A DNA stretch of 64,000 nucleotides from Spirochaetaceae bacterium (GCA_051531975.1 JAOPTT010000007.1:184985-248984), one strand, 5' to 3'. Positions 1-10,669 are shown, counted from the first letter of the stretch. Translations and numbers: made by a program. Notes: generated by a model not told the origin, from the letters alone.

Positions 1-669
1 ACCATGTTCTTTAGAATCAACATTTGGTTTTCTAAACTCTCCTAATACTGTAATAAAGTTTCTTTTTCGCTCTGATGCACTTTTTACCAGTTGGCTAGAA
101 CAGCAGCAGTTTGCATCATTTTCTATTAAAATAGGGAAGGGGTAAGTTTTTAACTTCTCATAAATTCTAACAGGACTATCTATGTTTAATGGGTTAGACC
201 TGTAAATTATTCCTTCGTAGGGGTTAATAATCCCCGATACACCTAAAGTTACACCTAAAACAGATATCCCTCGTTTTTTACACTTAGAGATAGAGTATTC
301 TAATACAAAATCTATCAATTCTTGAAAACTAAGTTTATCTTTATTATGTTTAAACTTTTCATGAAGTATTATATTGCCTTTTAGGTCTGTAACGCAAAAA
401 ACAGAAAAAGATGTATTTACTTCTATACCAATAACAGATCCAAACTTCTCATTAACTGTTAGAACTTCAGCTTTTCTTCCACCCTGATGACCACTTGCTT
501 GTTTATCTATAGCTAGTATTATTCCATCGTCTATCATTGGGCTTAATAGTTTTGTGATAGTAGACTTATTCAGACCTAACTGGTTGGCAATTTCTGTTCT
601 ACTAATAGATTCTTGTTGCCATACAGCCTGTAGTACTCTAGAAGAGTTGTATAAATTCTGATTTTGCAT
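1..669 (-). CDS. ROK family transcriptional repressor (XylR/NagC-like), 3' end beyond window start
   Basis: Not in the ORF track. Manual translation from ATG at 669: MQNQNLYNSSRVLQAVWQQESISRTEIANQLGLNKSTITKLL (wHTH)...GGRKA...PILIENDANCC (ROK motif); frame open to position 1. Confidence 0.9.
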   Translation of the reverse strand, partial: MQNQNLYNSSRVLQAVWQQESISRTEIANQLGLNKSTITKLLSPMIDDGIILAIDKQASGHQGGRKAEVLTVNEKFGSVIGIEVNTSFSVFCVTDLKGNIILHEKFKHNKDKLSFQELIDFVLEYSISKCKKRGISVLGVTLGVSGIINPYEGIIYRSNPLNIDSPVRIYEKLKTYPFPILIENDANCCCSSQLVKSASERKRNFITVLGEFRKPNVDSKEHG

Positions 670-675
670 GGGTTA

Positions 676-704
676 ATGGTATAGTAGAGGTTTAAAATCG
701 TCAA
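676..704 (-). promoter_or_regulatory. sigma70 promoter of the ROK gene, probably leaderless
   Basis: TTGACG-17 nt-TACCAT-6 nt-ATG on the minus strand; no SD. Confidence 0.7.
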
Positions 705-705
705 C

Positions 706-730
706 AGTTAATTTCCTAAGGAAACAAACT
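706..730. promoter_or_regulatory. ROK/XylR-type 25-bp operator
   Basis: AGTTAATTTCCTAAGGAAACAAACT, an imperfect palindrome resembling XylR-family operators, abutting the ROK -35. Further half-sites at 746-755 (AGTTAGTTAC) and 861-871 (GGAAACTAACT). Confidence 0.7.
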
Positions 731-818
731 GTACTTTTCTGTCGCAGTTAGTTACTATATATAATATATTATTTTATCATAAATTAAACAATTTCAATTA
801 TTTCTTTGCCTTTAAAGC

Positions 819-847
819 TTGACGTATGTAAATTGGGAATATATTAT
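819..847 (+). promoter_or_regulatory. sigma70 promoter for the GH17 pair
   Basis: TTGACG-17 nt-TATTAT. Confidence 0.6.
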
Positions 848-1003
848 GTTCGAGTAATATGGAAACTAACTATAAATATTTATATTGCAATATAGATAAT
901 GAGCGGAATTATTTATACCGTTCATTGAACTAAAATAATTATTAATAGGTGAAGATGTAATATAACTCTTTACTTATTTCTTATATAAATATAGGGGATA
1001 AAT

Positions 1004-1888
1004 ATGTCTAGTAAAGGCCATAGAGTTATGACACTGGCAGGGGTTAATTATAATAACCATGATACTAAAGATTTAACATCACAGTTTTCAGAGCTATTAA
1101 ATAGTTGTGTTCATGGAATGTGCTTTAGTCCATATACCCAGGATCAAAAACCTGGAGATATTATTACAGAGGAACAAATCAGAGCTAAAATTGAAATTAT
1201 TAAACCATATACAAATTGGATTAGAATATTTTCTACTACAGATGGAAATGAAAATATACCTAGAATTGCCCATGAATATGGTTTAAAAACTATGGTTGGT
1301 GCCTGGATAGGTAAAGATTTAGAGGTTAATGAGAAAGAGATAAGCAATGTAATAGAGATAGCTAAAAGTGGTTATGCTGATATTGTAGCTGTTGGAAACG
1401 AAGTTATGCTACGAGAAGACATAACAGAAGAGAAATTAATTGAATACATTAGTAAAGTAAAAAAAGAGATAATAGATATACCTGTCGGTTATGTAGATGC
1501 TTATTATATATTTGAAGAGAGACCAAAGATCACAGAAGTTTGCGATGTTATACTTGCTAACTGCTACCCATTTTGGGAAGGTTGTAGTTTAGAGCACTCT
1601 GTTTTATACATGAAGGATATGTATAGAAGAGCAACTATAGCAGCTAAAAGTAAAAAAGTTATTATAAGCGAAACAGGTTGGCCAAATATTGGTACTAAGT
1701 TTTTTGGTGCTATACCTTCTAAAGAGAATGCAATTAAGTATTTTATTAACACTTATAATTGGGCAAAAGAAGAAGATTTAGAAATCTTTTATTTCTCTAC
1801 ATTTGATGAAGCATGGAAAGTTGAAGATGAAGGTGATGTAGGTGCATATTGGGGTATCTGGGATAAAAACGGTAAATTAAAATATTAA
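1004..1888 (+). CDS. GH17 beta-1,3-glucanase/glucosidase, no signal peptide
   Basis: GMCFSPY, AVGNE (acid/base), NCYPFWEG, ISETGWP (nucleophile), FDEAWK...WGIW motifs; SD AGGGG. Confidence 0.88.
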   Translation: MSSKGHRVMTLAGVNYNNHDTKDLTSQFSELLNSCVHGMCFSPYTQDQKPGDIITEEQIRAKIEIIKPYTNWIRIFSTTDGNENIPRIAHEYGLKTMVGAWIGKDLEVNEKEISNVIEIAKSGYADIVAVGNEVMLREDITEEKLIEYISKVKKEIIDIPVGYVDAYYIFEERPKITEVCDVILANCYPFWEGCSLEHSVLYMKDMYRRATIAAKSKKVIISETGWPNIGTKFFGAIPSKENAIKYFINTYNWAKEEDLEIFYFSTFDEAWKVEDEGDVGAYWGIWDKNGKLKY

Positions 1889-1897
1889 GGATTACAT

Positions 1898-2821
1898 ATG
1901 AAGCTTGAACAAAAAATTGAAATAGAACATAAAAATGCAATCTGTTACTCTGGTTACAGAACAGGTCAAAAGCCAGGTGGTCAGAGCCCTACATATCAAG
2001 AGGTAAAAGAGGATCTTCTGATATTAAAAGATGATTGGGGATATTTAAGACTTTATGACTGTACTGCCCATGCTTTTACTGTTATGGATGTTATAGAAAA
2101 GGAAAACTTAGATTTTAAGGTTATGATTGGAGCTTATATTTTAGCCGAAGTTAATAACCCTGATTGCCCCTGGGGAGCTATTTATACTGATGAAATTTTA
2201 GAGTTCAATAAAAAAGAGAACATAAGATTAGTAGAAGAAGTTATATCCCTTGCTAACAAGTACCCTAAAATAGTTTTCTCTATATCTGTAGGGAACGAAG
2301 CCACAGTAGACTGGACAGACCACTTAGTACCAGTTGAAAGTGTAATAGACTATGTTAGGATGGTTAAAAAAAGTGCAAAACAGCCAGTAACATTTTGTGA
2401 AAATTATGTACCTTGGACAAACAAACTTGAAAAACTGGCATTAGAAGTAGATTTTATATCGGTTCATACATATCCTGTTTGGGAGTATAAAAGTATTGAA
2501 CAGGCCATGGATTATACAAAAGAAAATTATTATAGTGTGGCAAATAAATATCCGGATATTCCTGTTGTTATAACAGAAGCTGGGTGGACAACTAATACAA
2601 ATGGTCGGGGTATAGATCCTAGTAATGCAAACCAAGAGTTGCAATTAAAGTATTGCACACAGTTATTAGAATGGTCTAATAAAAATAGAATATTAACATT
2701 TTTATTCGAAGCATTTGACGAAGATTGGAAAGGGTCTGATGATGAAATGGAACCAGAAAAACATTGGGGATTATACAACATAGATAGAAAACCAAAGTTA
2801 ATAGTAAAAAGAGATATATAA
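1898..2821 (+). CDS. GH17 beta-1,3-glucanase, second paralogue, no signal peptide
   Basis: AICYSGYR, SVGNE, HTYP, ITEAGW, FEAFDEDWK, EKHWGL motifs. Confidence 0.88.
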   Translation: MKLEQKIEIEHKNAICYSGYRTGQKPGGQSPTYQEVKEDLLILKDDWGYLRLYDCTAHAFTVMDVIEKENLDFKVMIGAYILAEVNNPDCPWGAIYTDEILEFNKKENIRLVEEVISLANKYPKIVFSISVGNEATVDWTDHLVPVESVIDYVRMVKKSAKQPVTFCENYVPWTNKLEKLALEVDFISVHTYPVWEYKSIEQAMDYTKENYYSVANKYPDIPVVITEAGWTTNTNGRGIDPSNANQELQLKYCTQLLEWSNKNRILTFLFEAFDEDWKGSDDEMEPEKHWGLYNIDRKPKLIVKRDI

Positions 2822-2844
2822 TCTCCCATTTACATTAAATTAAC

Positions 2845-2887
2845 TTGCTTTCTAGTGAGACTCACGTTAATATGTTTGCGTAAACAT
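2845..2887 (+). promoter_or_regulatory. sigma70 promoter with LacI-type operator over the predicted TSS
   Basis: TTGCTT-17 nt-TAATAT (2845-2873) overlapped/followed by TGTTTGCGTAAACAT (2873-2887), identical to two copies at 14256 and 14288. Confidence 0.8.
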
Positions 2888-2924
2888 AAAAATAAATAAA
2901 ATAAACATACATTTAGGGGTAATT

Positions 2925-5900
2925 ATGAAATCTAACATTTACTTAGGGGATCAACTAATAAAAAAAGAATCTCCAGAAATTAAGGAGCAATTTATTGAAG
3001 TTGATAATGATCTGTTTTATCAGATAGAGAATTATACTCAGATGCCACCCTTTTTTATGACTTTAACAAGTAATTCAAATCACTGGATGTTTATTTCTAG
3101 TACAGGTGGATTAACAGCAGGTAGAGTAAATTCAGAATCATCTCTATTTCCATATTATACAGATGATAGAATTACTGAGAATGCAGATAATACTGGACCT
3201 ACTACGGTTATATTAGCAACTAAAAGCAACAAAACATATTTATGGAAACCTTTTACAACTGAAAGTAGGGATATTTATATTATCAAAAATATACTTTCTA
3301 AAAATGTTGCCGGTAATATATTAAAATTTCAAGAGATAAATGAAACACTAGGACTGTCCTACTCATATTACTGGATGAATAGTAAGAAGTATGGGTTAGT
3401 TAAAAAATCTGTCTTAGATAATTTAGATAATTCAGATATAGATATAGATATTGTTGACGGATTACAAAACGTTCTACCATCAGGTGTAGAATCCCAGGTT
3501 CAAAAAGAGTTTAGTAACTTATTAAATGGGTATAAAAGAACTCAGTTAGATGAAAGTGGTTTAGTACTATTTACATTAAGTGCAGCTTTAACTGACTTAG
3601 CAGAACCAAGTGAATCTTTAAAAGCTAATACAATATGGCAGTCAGGTTTAGACGTAGAGAACTACATATTAAAAGCAGATCAATTAGAATCATTTTCCCG
3701 TGGAGGTTCTCTCGAAACAGAGATTGATCAGAAAGGAGATAGAGGTTGTTTCTTAGTTCATTCTGAATTTAAATTACAAGGTAACTCTGATAAAGAGTGG
3801 TTAATAGTTGCAGATTTAGATAAAGATTTAACAGCTGTAAATAACCTAAAAGATTTTATTAAGACTGAACAAAATAAATTTTCTGTAGTAATTGAAGATG
3901 TAGAAAAAGGAAGTAGAGAACTTAAAACAATACTTAACCAAAACGATGGATTACAAGCAACCCAGAGCCAAATGAACTGTGTACACCACCAAGCAAATGT
4001 TCTATTTAATATTATGAGAGGTGGTTTTTTCTATAACTCATATTTGATTGGAATTACAGACTTCATTGAGTTTATAGGTAGCACAAATAAAAATGTACTT
4101 AAAAGACATTCTGTCGAGTTAACAAAACTACCAAAAGAGTTAAATTACGACCAGGTTTTAGAGTTTGTTTTAGATCAGAAAGATTCAGATTTAGAGAGAA
4201 TATGGTATGCTTATCTTCCTTTGACATTTAGTCGAAGACATGGAGACCCAAGTAGACCATGGAATGCATTCTCTATCCAAACTGAGAAAGTTGATGGATC
4301 AGCAAAATTAGACTATGAAGGTAACTGGAGAGACATCTTTCAGAACTGGGAAGCTTTATGTTACTCCTACCCAGAGTATATTCAGCATACAATCGCGACA
4401 TTTTTAAACGCATCTACTAAAGATGGATATAACCCATATCATGTATCAAAAAATGGAATTAATTGGGAGTGTCCAGAACCTGGAAACCCTTGGGCTAATA
4501 TTGGTTACTGGTCTGATCACCAGATCATCTATCTTCTAAAATTATTAGAGATGTACCAAGATCACAAACCAGAGAACTTACAAAAAGAACTTAATCACAG
4601 AACTTATACATCTGCAAATGTTCCATACGAAATTAAGTCATTTAAGGACATTGTGAATGACCCATACGAGACAATAGATTTTAATGAAGATAAAGATAAA
4701 AAAATTAGAGTTTTAGCAGAAGAAATTGGTGCTGAAGGAAAGATGTTACACGATAAGAGTGGTAAATTAGTACTAAACTCAATGTCTGAGAAATTATTAG
4801 TTCACTTATTAACAAAACTTGGTAACTATATCCCAGAAGGTGGAATCTGGATGAATACACAGAGACCTGAGTGGAACGATGCTAATAATGCTTTAGTTGG
4901 GAAAGGTATATCTGTTGTAACTTTGGCTTATATAAGAAGATACATCTCTTTTATGAAGAATATATATTCAGGTTCAGATCTAGATACATTAACAATGAGT
5001 AATGACATTGTTATATGGTTTGATCAAATAGCTAAGATTTTTGCTAATTATGAAAAAACCTTATCTGCAAACTTATCAGATTCTGCTCGGTACCAAATTG
5101 TAGAGCTTTTAGGTGTGGCTTCTGAAAATTACAGGGTCGGTTATTATAAAGAGTTAGACTTTAAAGATGATAATATAACTATCAAATCACTTTTAACATT
5201 TTTGGAATCAGTATTAATATGTGTAGACGATACACTATATAAAAATAGAAGAGAGGATAACCTTTACCACTCGTATAATACTTTAGAAATAAGAGATGGA
5301 AAGATGAAGATTCACTATCTATACGAGATGTTAGAAGGGCAGGTTGCAATTTTAACATCTGGATTATTAACCCCAACACAGGCCAATGGTACATTAACAG
5401 CCTTAAAAGGTAGTGCAATGTTCCGTGAAGATCAACATAGTTATATGTTATATCCTAATAGAGAACTTCCAGGTTTTACACAAAAGAATATAATACCAAC
5501 CGACGTTGTTAATGGTAACAAAATATTAAAAGAGTTAGTAGAAAGTGGAAACAAAGATCTAATTACAATAGATAACAGTGGTGAGTACCATTTTAATGGT
5601 AACTTCCATAACTCTAAACAGGTTATATCCACATTAGAAGAGTTAAAAATTTCTGATCCAGAGAACCAAGTAGCTCTAATATTTGAAACTATTTTTAATC
5701 ACCAATCTTTTACTGGTCGTTCAGGAACATTTTTTGCTTTCGAGGGTCTAGGTAGTATCTACTGGCACATGGTTAGTAAACTTCTATTAGCTGCCCAGGA
5801 AAACATATCTTGGGCAATAGATAAAGGTGCTTCAGAAGATCAAATTTCATCTTTAAAAGACCACTACTACGATATTAGAAAAGGTATTGGATATAACAAA

Positions 5901-6344
5901 ACCGCTAAGGTATATGGAGCATTCCCTTTTGACCCATACTCCCATACTCCATGGGATAAAGGTGCAAAACAACCAGGGATGACAGGACAGGTAAAAGAAG
6001 AAGTTCTTACAAGACTTTCTGAAATGGGAATTCGAATCCATAAAGGTCAGATACTGTTTGATAAGGTTTTAGTTGATGATAAAGAATTCTTGACTACAGC
6101 TACAAAATGGTCCGTTATTGGAAACTCTGGAGATTTAATAGAGTTAGATATTCCAAAAGGTTCTTTTGCGGGTACACATTGTCAGACTCCATATATAGTA
6201 ACAAAAGGTGAACAAGCTAGTATCACAGTCAATTTCAGAGACGGATCTACCCAGGTTTTTAAAGGTAATATTTTACCTGCTGATATAAGTAAACTAATAT
6301 TCAAACGTGATACTGCAGTTAAAAATATGGAGATTATATTATGA
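2925..6344 (+). CDS. GH149-like beta-1,3-glucan (laminarin) phosphorylase
   Basis: 1139 aa with RRHGDPSRPWN, YEGNWRDIFQNWEAL, GIWMNTQRPEWNDANNALVG, EGLGSIYWHMVSKLLLA and QPGMTGQVKE motifs, recalled as typical of GH149; GH16/GH17 context. Confidence 0.82.
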   Translation: MKSNIYLGDQLIKKESPEIKEQFIEVDNDLFYQIENYTQMPPFFMTLTSNSNHWMFISSTGGLTAGRVNSESSLFPYYTDDRITENADNTGPTTVILATKSNKTYLWKPFTTESRDIYIIKNILSKNVAGNILKFQEINETLGLSYSYYWMNSKKYGLVKKSVLDNLDNSDIDIDIVDGLQNVLPSGVESQVQKEFSNLLNGYKRTQLDESGLVLFTLSAALTDLAEPSESLKANTIWQSGLDVENYILKADQLESFSRGGSLETEIDQKGDRGCFLVHSEFKLQGNSDKEWLIVADLDKDLTAVNNLKDFIKTEQNKFSVVIEDVEKGSRELKTILNQNDGLQATQSQMNCVHHQANVLFNIMRGGFFYNSYLIGITDFIEFIGSTNKNVLKRHSVELTKLPKELNYDQVLEFVLDQKDSDLERIWYAYLPLTFSRRHGDPSRPWNAFSIQTEKVDGSAKLDYEGNWRDIFQNWEALCYSYPEYIQHTIATFLNASTKDGYNPYHVSKNGINWECPEPGNPWANIGYWSDHQIIYLLKLLEMYQDHKPENLQKELNHRTYTSANVPYEIKSFKDIVNDPYETIDFNEDKDKKIRVLAEEIGAEGKMLHDKSGKLVLNSMSEKLLVHLLTKLGNYIPEGGIWMNTQRPEWNDANNALVGKGISVVTLAYIRRYISFMKNIYSGSDLDTLTMSNDIVIWFDQIAKIFANYEKTLSANLSDSARYQIVELLGVASENYRVGYYKELDFKDDNITIKSLLTFLESVLICVDDTLYKNRREDNLYHSYNTLEIRDGKMKIHYLYEMLEGQVAILTSGLLTPTQANGTLTALKGSAMFREDQHSYMLYPNRELPGFTQKNIIPTDVVNGNKILKELVESGNKDLITIDNSGEYHFNGNFHNSKQVISTLEELKISDPENQVALIFETIFNHQSFTGRSGTFFAFEGLGSIYWHMVSKLLLAAQENISWAIDKGASEDQISSLKDHYYDIRKGIGYNKTAKVYGAFPFDPYSHTPWDKGAKQPGMTGQVKEEVLTRLSEMGIRIHKGQILFDKVLVDDKEFLTTATKWSVIGNSGDLIELDIPKGSFAGTHCQTPYIVTKGEQASITVNFRDGSTQVFKGNILPADISKLIFKRDTAVKNMEIIL

Positions 6345-8560
6345 TAAAAAAGTTACCTTTAATAGGACTTTTATTCCTAACCATTTTAGGTTGTAAAACA
6401 GAAGTTCCCCAGGAGACAGACTTCTCTAAAAGTGAATTAGATTGGCAGTTAGTCTGGAGTGATGAGTTTGATGCCGATACCATCGATGAATCAAAGTGGA
6501 ATTTTATAAATGGTGCTGGTGGTTATGGAAACAATGAACTTCAGTACTATTCAGGAAGAGAAAAAAATGCCCGTATTAAAAAAGGTAACCTGATAATTGA
6601 GGCACACAAAGAGGATTTTAAGGGAAGTCCTTATACCTCTGCAAAATTAACGACCCAAGGGAAAGGTGACTGGACCTATGGACGTTATGAAATTAGAGCA
6701 AAACTTCCTAAAGGACAGGGGATTTGGCCCGCTTTTTGGATGATGCCAACAGATTACGACATATATGGAGCTTGGCCCCAGTGTGGTGAGATCGATATTA
6801 TGGAGATGATAGGTCACGAACCTAATACAACCCATGGAACACTACATTATGGTAATCCATATAAATACACTGGTGAATCTTATACTTTAGAAGAGGGTAC
6901 TTTTTATGATAACTATCATACTTTTGCAATTGACTGGTTGCCTGGGGAGATTAAATGGTATGTAGATGGACATCTTTTTCAGGTTCAAAATGACTGGTAT
7001 AGTAATAACCAGGGAACAACAGAAAATTTAACATTTCCAGCACCCTACGATAGGGATTTTTATATGCAATTCAACTTAGCAATAGGTGGGAATTGGCCAG
7101 GAAATCCCGATTCTACAACGGTCTTCCCTCAAAAACTAATAATTGATTGGATTCGTGTATATCAAGCACCTAAATATCCAAGGATAAAACCTAAAAAAAA
7201 TGTAAAAGAGAAAGCTCCTGAACCAGGAAGAGAACCCCAGGTCGATGGAAATTATGTATATAATCAATCTTTTACCCAAGGAACAGATTATTGGGACTTT
7301 GGAAACCATGAGGGTGGATCCGGTAAAATAACTTTAGAAGACGAAGTTCTACATGTTGAAATTAGTAAAAGTGGTGGTCAAATCTGGGCTAATCAACTTA
7401 CACAATCAGATATGAATATTCAGCTAGGTGTAGAATACCGAGTAACTTTTAAAGCTAAAGCAGCTACAGATAGAAACTTAATGATAAAAATTGGTGGATT
7501 ACAAGATCGTGGATGGGCAGCATACTCCGGAGAGAAATACATAGATATAACAACTTCAATGGAAGAGTATAGTTTTGACTTTACCATGAAAGAAAAAAGT
7601 GATCCTAAAGCAAGATACGAAGTTAATATGGGTCTTAATGAATCTGATATCTGGTTAGATGATTTAACCCTTACACAGATAGGTGGAGAAGCCATAGTAT
7701 TTGGTTCTGAAAGTTCTGTCTCAGCAAGAACTGCATTAGTAGATGGTAATCTAATATACAATGGTACATTTGACCATGGTAAAGGTAGATTAGCTTATTG
7801 GAATCTAGAGACAGATGACGATAGCGATGTTATGTTAAATGTTCAAGCAGAACTATATAAAAGAGAAGGGAACATCGTAATTATAGATAGCAGTCAAAAA
7901 CCTAATGGAATAGTTTTATTCCAAGATAATATCGATATTATTTCAAATGAAACATATCAGGTTAGTTTTGATGCTTATTCAACCGGGGATAGAACTTTTA
8001 TGGTAGCTATTCAAAACACCCAAGGTGATAATTTATATGGTCCTTATACAGTAGATTTAACTGATGTAAAACAAGCTTATAAAATAGATATTCCAGTAAT
8101 TTCAGACAGTAAAAATATTAGGGTATCTTTTTTAGCAGCTATAAGTGGAAACAATAAAACTCAGAAAATAACATTGGATAATGTATCTTTTGTTAAGCTT
8201 AAAAAACCTATAATAATTGATGGTATTACAAAGATCGAAGCTGAAGATTATTTTGATAAGACAGCTACACCAAAGACACAGGACTGTTCCGAAGGTGGTT
8301 TGAATGTAGGTTGGTTAAGTAGTGGTGATTGGCTTAAATATTCTCTGGATGTTAAAAAAGCAGGGACTTACATTATCCGTTACCGAGTTGCATCAGAGAA
8401 AATAGAATCCAAGGTGAACAAGGTAAAGTTTGAAGGATCTGGGGGATGGCAAAACTGGGAAACCATAGAGTCAGAGATTATACTTCCAGCTGGTGAAACA
8501 TTTTTAGAATTAACTGCTGTTGATCTTAATATAAACTGGATTGAACTAGAGTTGAAATAG
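6341..8560 (+). CDS. Lipoprotein GH16 endo-1,3-beta-glucanase (laminarinase) with two CBM4-like and one CBM6-like domains
   Basis: Lipobox ILGC; WSDEFD, GIWPAFWMMP, GEIDIME catalytic motif; two NxxF-start CBM4_9-like repeats; C-terminal IEAEDY...VGWLSSGDWLKY...GGWQNW...NINWI. Confidence 0.9.
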   Translation: MIKKLPLIGLLFLTILGCKTEVPQETDFSKSELDWQLVWSDEFDADTIDESKWNFINGAGGYGNNELQYYSGREKNARIKKGNLIIEAHKEDFKGSPYTSAKLTTQGKGDWTYGRYEIRAKLPKGQGIWPAFWMMPTDYDIYGAWPQCGEIDIMEMIGHEPNTTHGTLHYGNPYKYTGESYTLEEGTFYDNYHTFAIDWLPGEIKWYVDGHLFQVQNDWYSNNQGTTENLTFPAPYDRDFYMQFNLAIGGNWPGNPDSTTVFPQKLIIDWIRVYQAPKYPRIKPKKNVKEKAPEPGREPQVDGNYVYNQSFTQGTDYWDFGNHEGGSGKITLEDEVLHVEISKSGGQIWANQLTQSDMNIQLGVEYRVTFKAKAATDRNLMIKIGGLQDRGWAAYSGEKYIDITTSMEEYSFDFTMKEKSDPKARYEVNMGLNESDIWLDDLTLTQIGGEAIVFGSESSVSARTALVDGNLIYNGTFDHGKGRLAYWNLETDDDSDVMLNVQAELYKREGNIVIIDSSQKPNGIVLFQDNIDIISNETYQVSFDAYSTGDRTFMVAIQNTQGDNLYGPYTVDLTDVKQAYKIDIPVISDSKNIRVSFLAAISGNNKTQKITLDNVSFVKLKKPIIIDGITKIEAEDYFDKTATPKTQDCSEGGLNVGWLSSGDWLKYSLDVKKAGTYIIRYRVASEKIESKVNKVKFEGSGGWQNWETIESEIILPAGETFLELTAVDLNINWIELELK

Positions 8561-8563
8561 GAG

Positions 8564-9580
8564 CTAGTTTAACTTTTTAACACTGCTTCCTTGTTGGTAT
8601 TCAACAGGGAAGATTAGGTGTTGTGTATTAATATTTCTATCCTCTATCTGATCAATTAGAATCCTTGCAGCTTCAGCTCCCATATCTTCTAGGGGTTGTC
8701 GCATAGTTGATAGAGGTGGACTCATATAGTTACAAAGTTCGTGACCATCAAAACCAATAATAGATATATCATCTGGAACAACTAAACCTTGGGTTTTAAA
8801 CTCCTCGTAGATTCCTATAGCCATTAAGTCGGTAGAACTTACAACTGCAGTAGGTCTATTTTTTAGGTTTAACAGTGTTTTTATAGCTCTTCCTCCAGAC
8901 TCTTTAGTATAATCTCCAGGGAATAACCACTCTTTATCCATTGATAAATTATTCTCTTCCATAGCTTTACAATAACCTTTGTATCTATCTATAGAGTTTT
9001 GTGTATCTACATTTCCAGTAATAAATGCAATTTTAGAGTGACCATTTTCTATTAATAATTTTGTGGCATCATACATACCTTCAAAGTTTTTTGTATCTAC
9101 ATAGTTTACCTTAGATGTTGGGTCTCTATCCCCTATAACGACACAAGGGATATTATCTTTATCGATCCTAATAAATTGTTCTCCTGTAGGTTTTGCACCT
9201 AAAATGATAACACCGTCAGCTTTTCTACTATAATATGGTTTTAAACAATCAAAATCCTCCATACGACCTCTACTGGATGAGAGAAGAATATCGTAATGAC
9301 TTTTAATACAAAAGCTCTCTATACCCGCTAATAATCGTGTATAATAGGATGTTGCTTCAACTGATTGATCCACAGGTAGTGGGGTCTCAATGGCAAGAGT
9401 ATGTACTCTGTTTTTATTTAAACCTTGGGCAATACTATTAGGGTAATAGTTTAACTCTTTTATGGCTTCTTTTACTTTTTCTCTTGTTTCTGGTTTAACA
9501 TTACCCATATTATTGATTACTCGAGATACTGTAATAAACGAAACATTAGCTAACTTAGCTACATCTTTTTGAGTTGCCAT
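8564..9580 (-). CDS. LacI family transcriptional regulator
   Basis: ATQKDVAKLANVSFITVSRVINN HTH; VPDDISIIGFDG; PPLSTMRQP. Confidence 0.95.
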   Translation of the reverse strand: MATQKDVAKLANVSFITVSRVINNMGNVKPETREKVKEAIKELNYYPNSIAQGLNKNRVHTLAIETPLPVDQSVEATSYYTRLLAGIESFCIKSHYDILLSSSRGRMEDFDCLKPYYSRKADGVIILGAKPTGEQFIRIDKDNIPCVVIGDRDPTSKVNYVDTKNFEGMYDATKLLIENGHSKIAFITGNVDTQNSIDRYKGYCKAMEENNLSMDKEWLFPGDYTKESGGRAIKTLLNLKNRPTAVVSSTDLMAIGIYEEFKTQGLVVPDDISIIGFDGHELCNYMSPPLSTMRQPLEDMGAEAARILIDQIEDRNINTQHLIFPVEYQQGSSVKKLN

Positions 9581-9635
9581 ATAATAAACTCCTAATACTA
9601 TTTAAGATAGAATAACTTGTGTAAAGGGTAGATGT

Positions 9636-10655
9636 CTAGGTGTTTAAATCCAATATACTACCTCCTGGTAATAATTTTACAGGAATTAATAAGTGTTTTG
9701 ATTCTTTTGTGTTATTCTCGATTTTATCTATAAGGATTTTTGCAGCTTTTGATCCCATTAGTTCGAGGGGCTGATACATTGTTGCAATTGGTGGGTTTGT
9801 ATAAGAGCAGATTTCGTTGCCATCAAAACCTATAAGTGAAATGTCTAAGGGTATATTAACTTTTAGCTTAATTGATTCTTCATAAAAACCTAATGCCATA
9901 AGATCCGTACTCGCTATTATTGCTGTAGGTCGATCATCTAGAGTTATAAAATATCTAAGAGCTAATCCTCCGGATTCTTTAGTAAAGTTTCCTTCAAATA
10001 ACCAATTTGGGTCTATATTTAAATAGTTTTCCTTCATTGCCATATTGAAGCCTTGCAGCCTATCGGTAGCATTCTGACTTTCTGCATTTCCACAAATATA
10101 TCCGATTTTTTTGTGTCCCTTAGAAATTAAATAGTTAGTAGCATCAGTCATACCTTTTAGATTCTCTGTATCGATGTAATTTATGGCAATACTTTCTTGA
10201 CGCTCGCCAATAATAACACATGGTATATTGTCAGTTTCTATATTATCTAATTGTTTGTTATTTGGTTTCGAAGTAATAATAATTATACCATCTGCTTTTC
10301 GCTCATAGTAAGGTTTTAGAAAATCAATGTCTTCTAAAGATCCACGTTGAGATGTTATAAGAATATTATATTTTTTTTTAATACAGTATCGCTCTATACC
10401 AACTAATATCCTCCGGTAGTATGATGTTTCTTCGGTAGATGTGTGAATTTGAAAGGCTGATTGTACTACAAGGGTTTTGAGCTTATTGCTATTTAAACCT
10501 TGGGCAATACTATTAGGATAATAATTTAACTCTTTTACTGCAGCTTCAACCTTAACACGTGTCTCTTCTTTAACATTTCCCATGTTATTAATAACCCTAG
10601 AAACTGTAATAAATGAAACATTTGCAAGTTTGGCAACATCTTTCTGAGTAGCCAT
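9636..10655 (-). CDS. LacI family transcriptional regulator (tandem paralogue)
   Basis: Same HTH; IPLDISLIGFDG, PPIATMYQP. Confidence 0.95.
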   Translation of the reverse strand: MATQKDVAKLANVSFITVSRVINNMGNVKEETRVKVEAAVKELNYYPNSIAQGLNSNKLKTLVVQSAFQIHTSTEETSYYRRILVGIERYCIKKKYNILITSQRGSLEDIDFLKPYYERKADGIIIITSKPNNKQLDNIETDNIPCVIIGERQESIAINYIDTENLKGMTDATNYLISKGHKKIGYICGNAESQNATDRLQGFNMAMKENYLNIDPNWLFEGNFTKESGGLALRYFITLDDRPTAIIASTDLMALGFYEESIKLKVNIPLDISLIGFDGNEICSYTNPPIATMYQPLELMGSKAAKILIDKIENNTKESKHLLIPVKLLPGGSILDLNT

Positions 10656-10669
10656 TATTCTCCTCTCTT

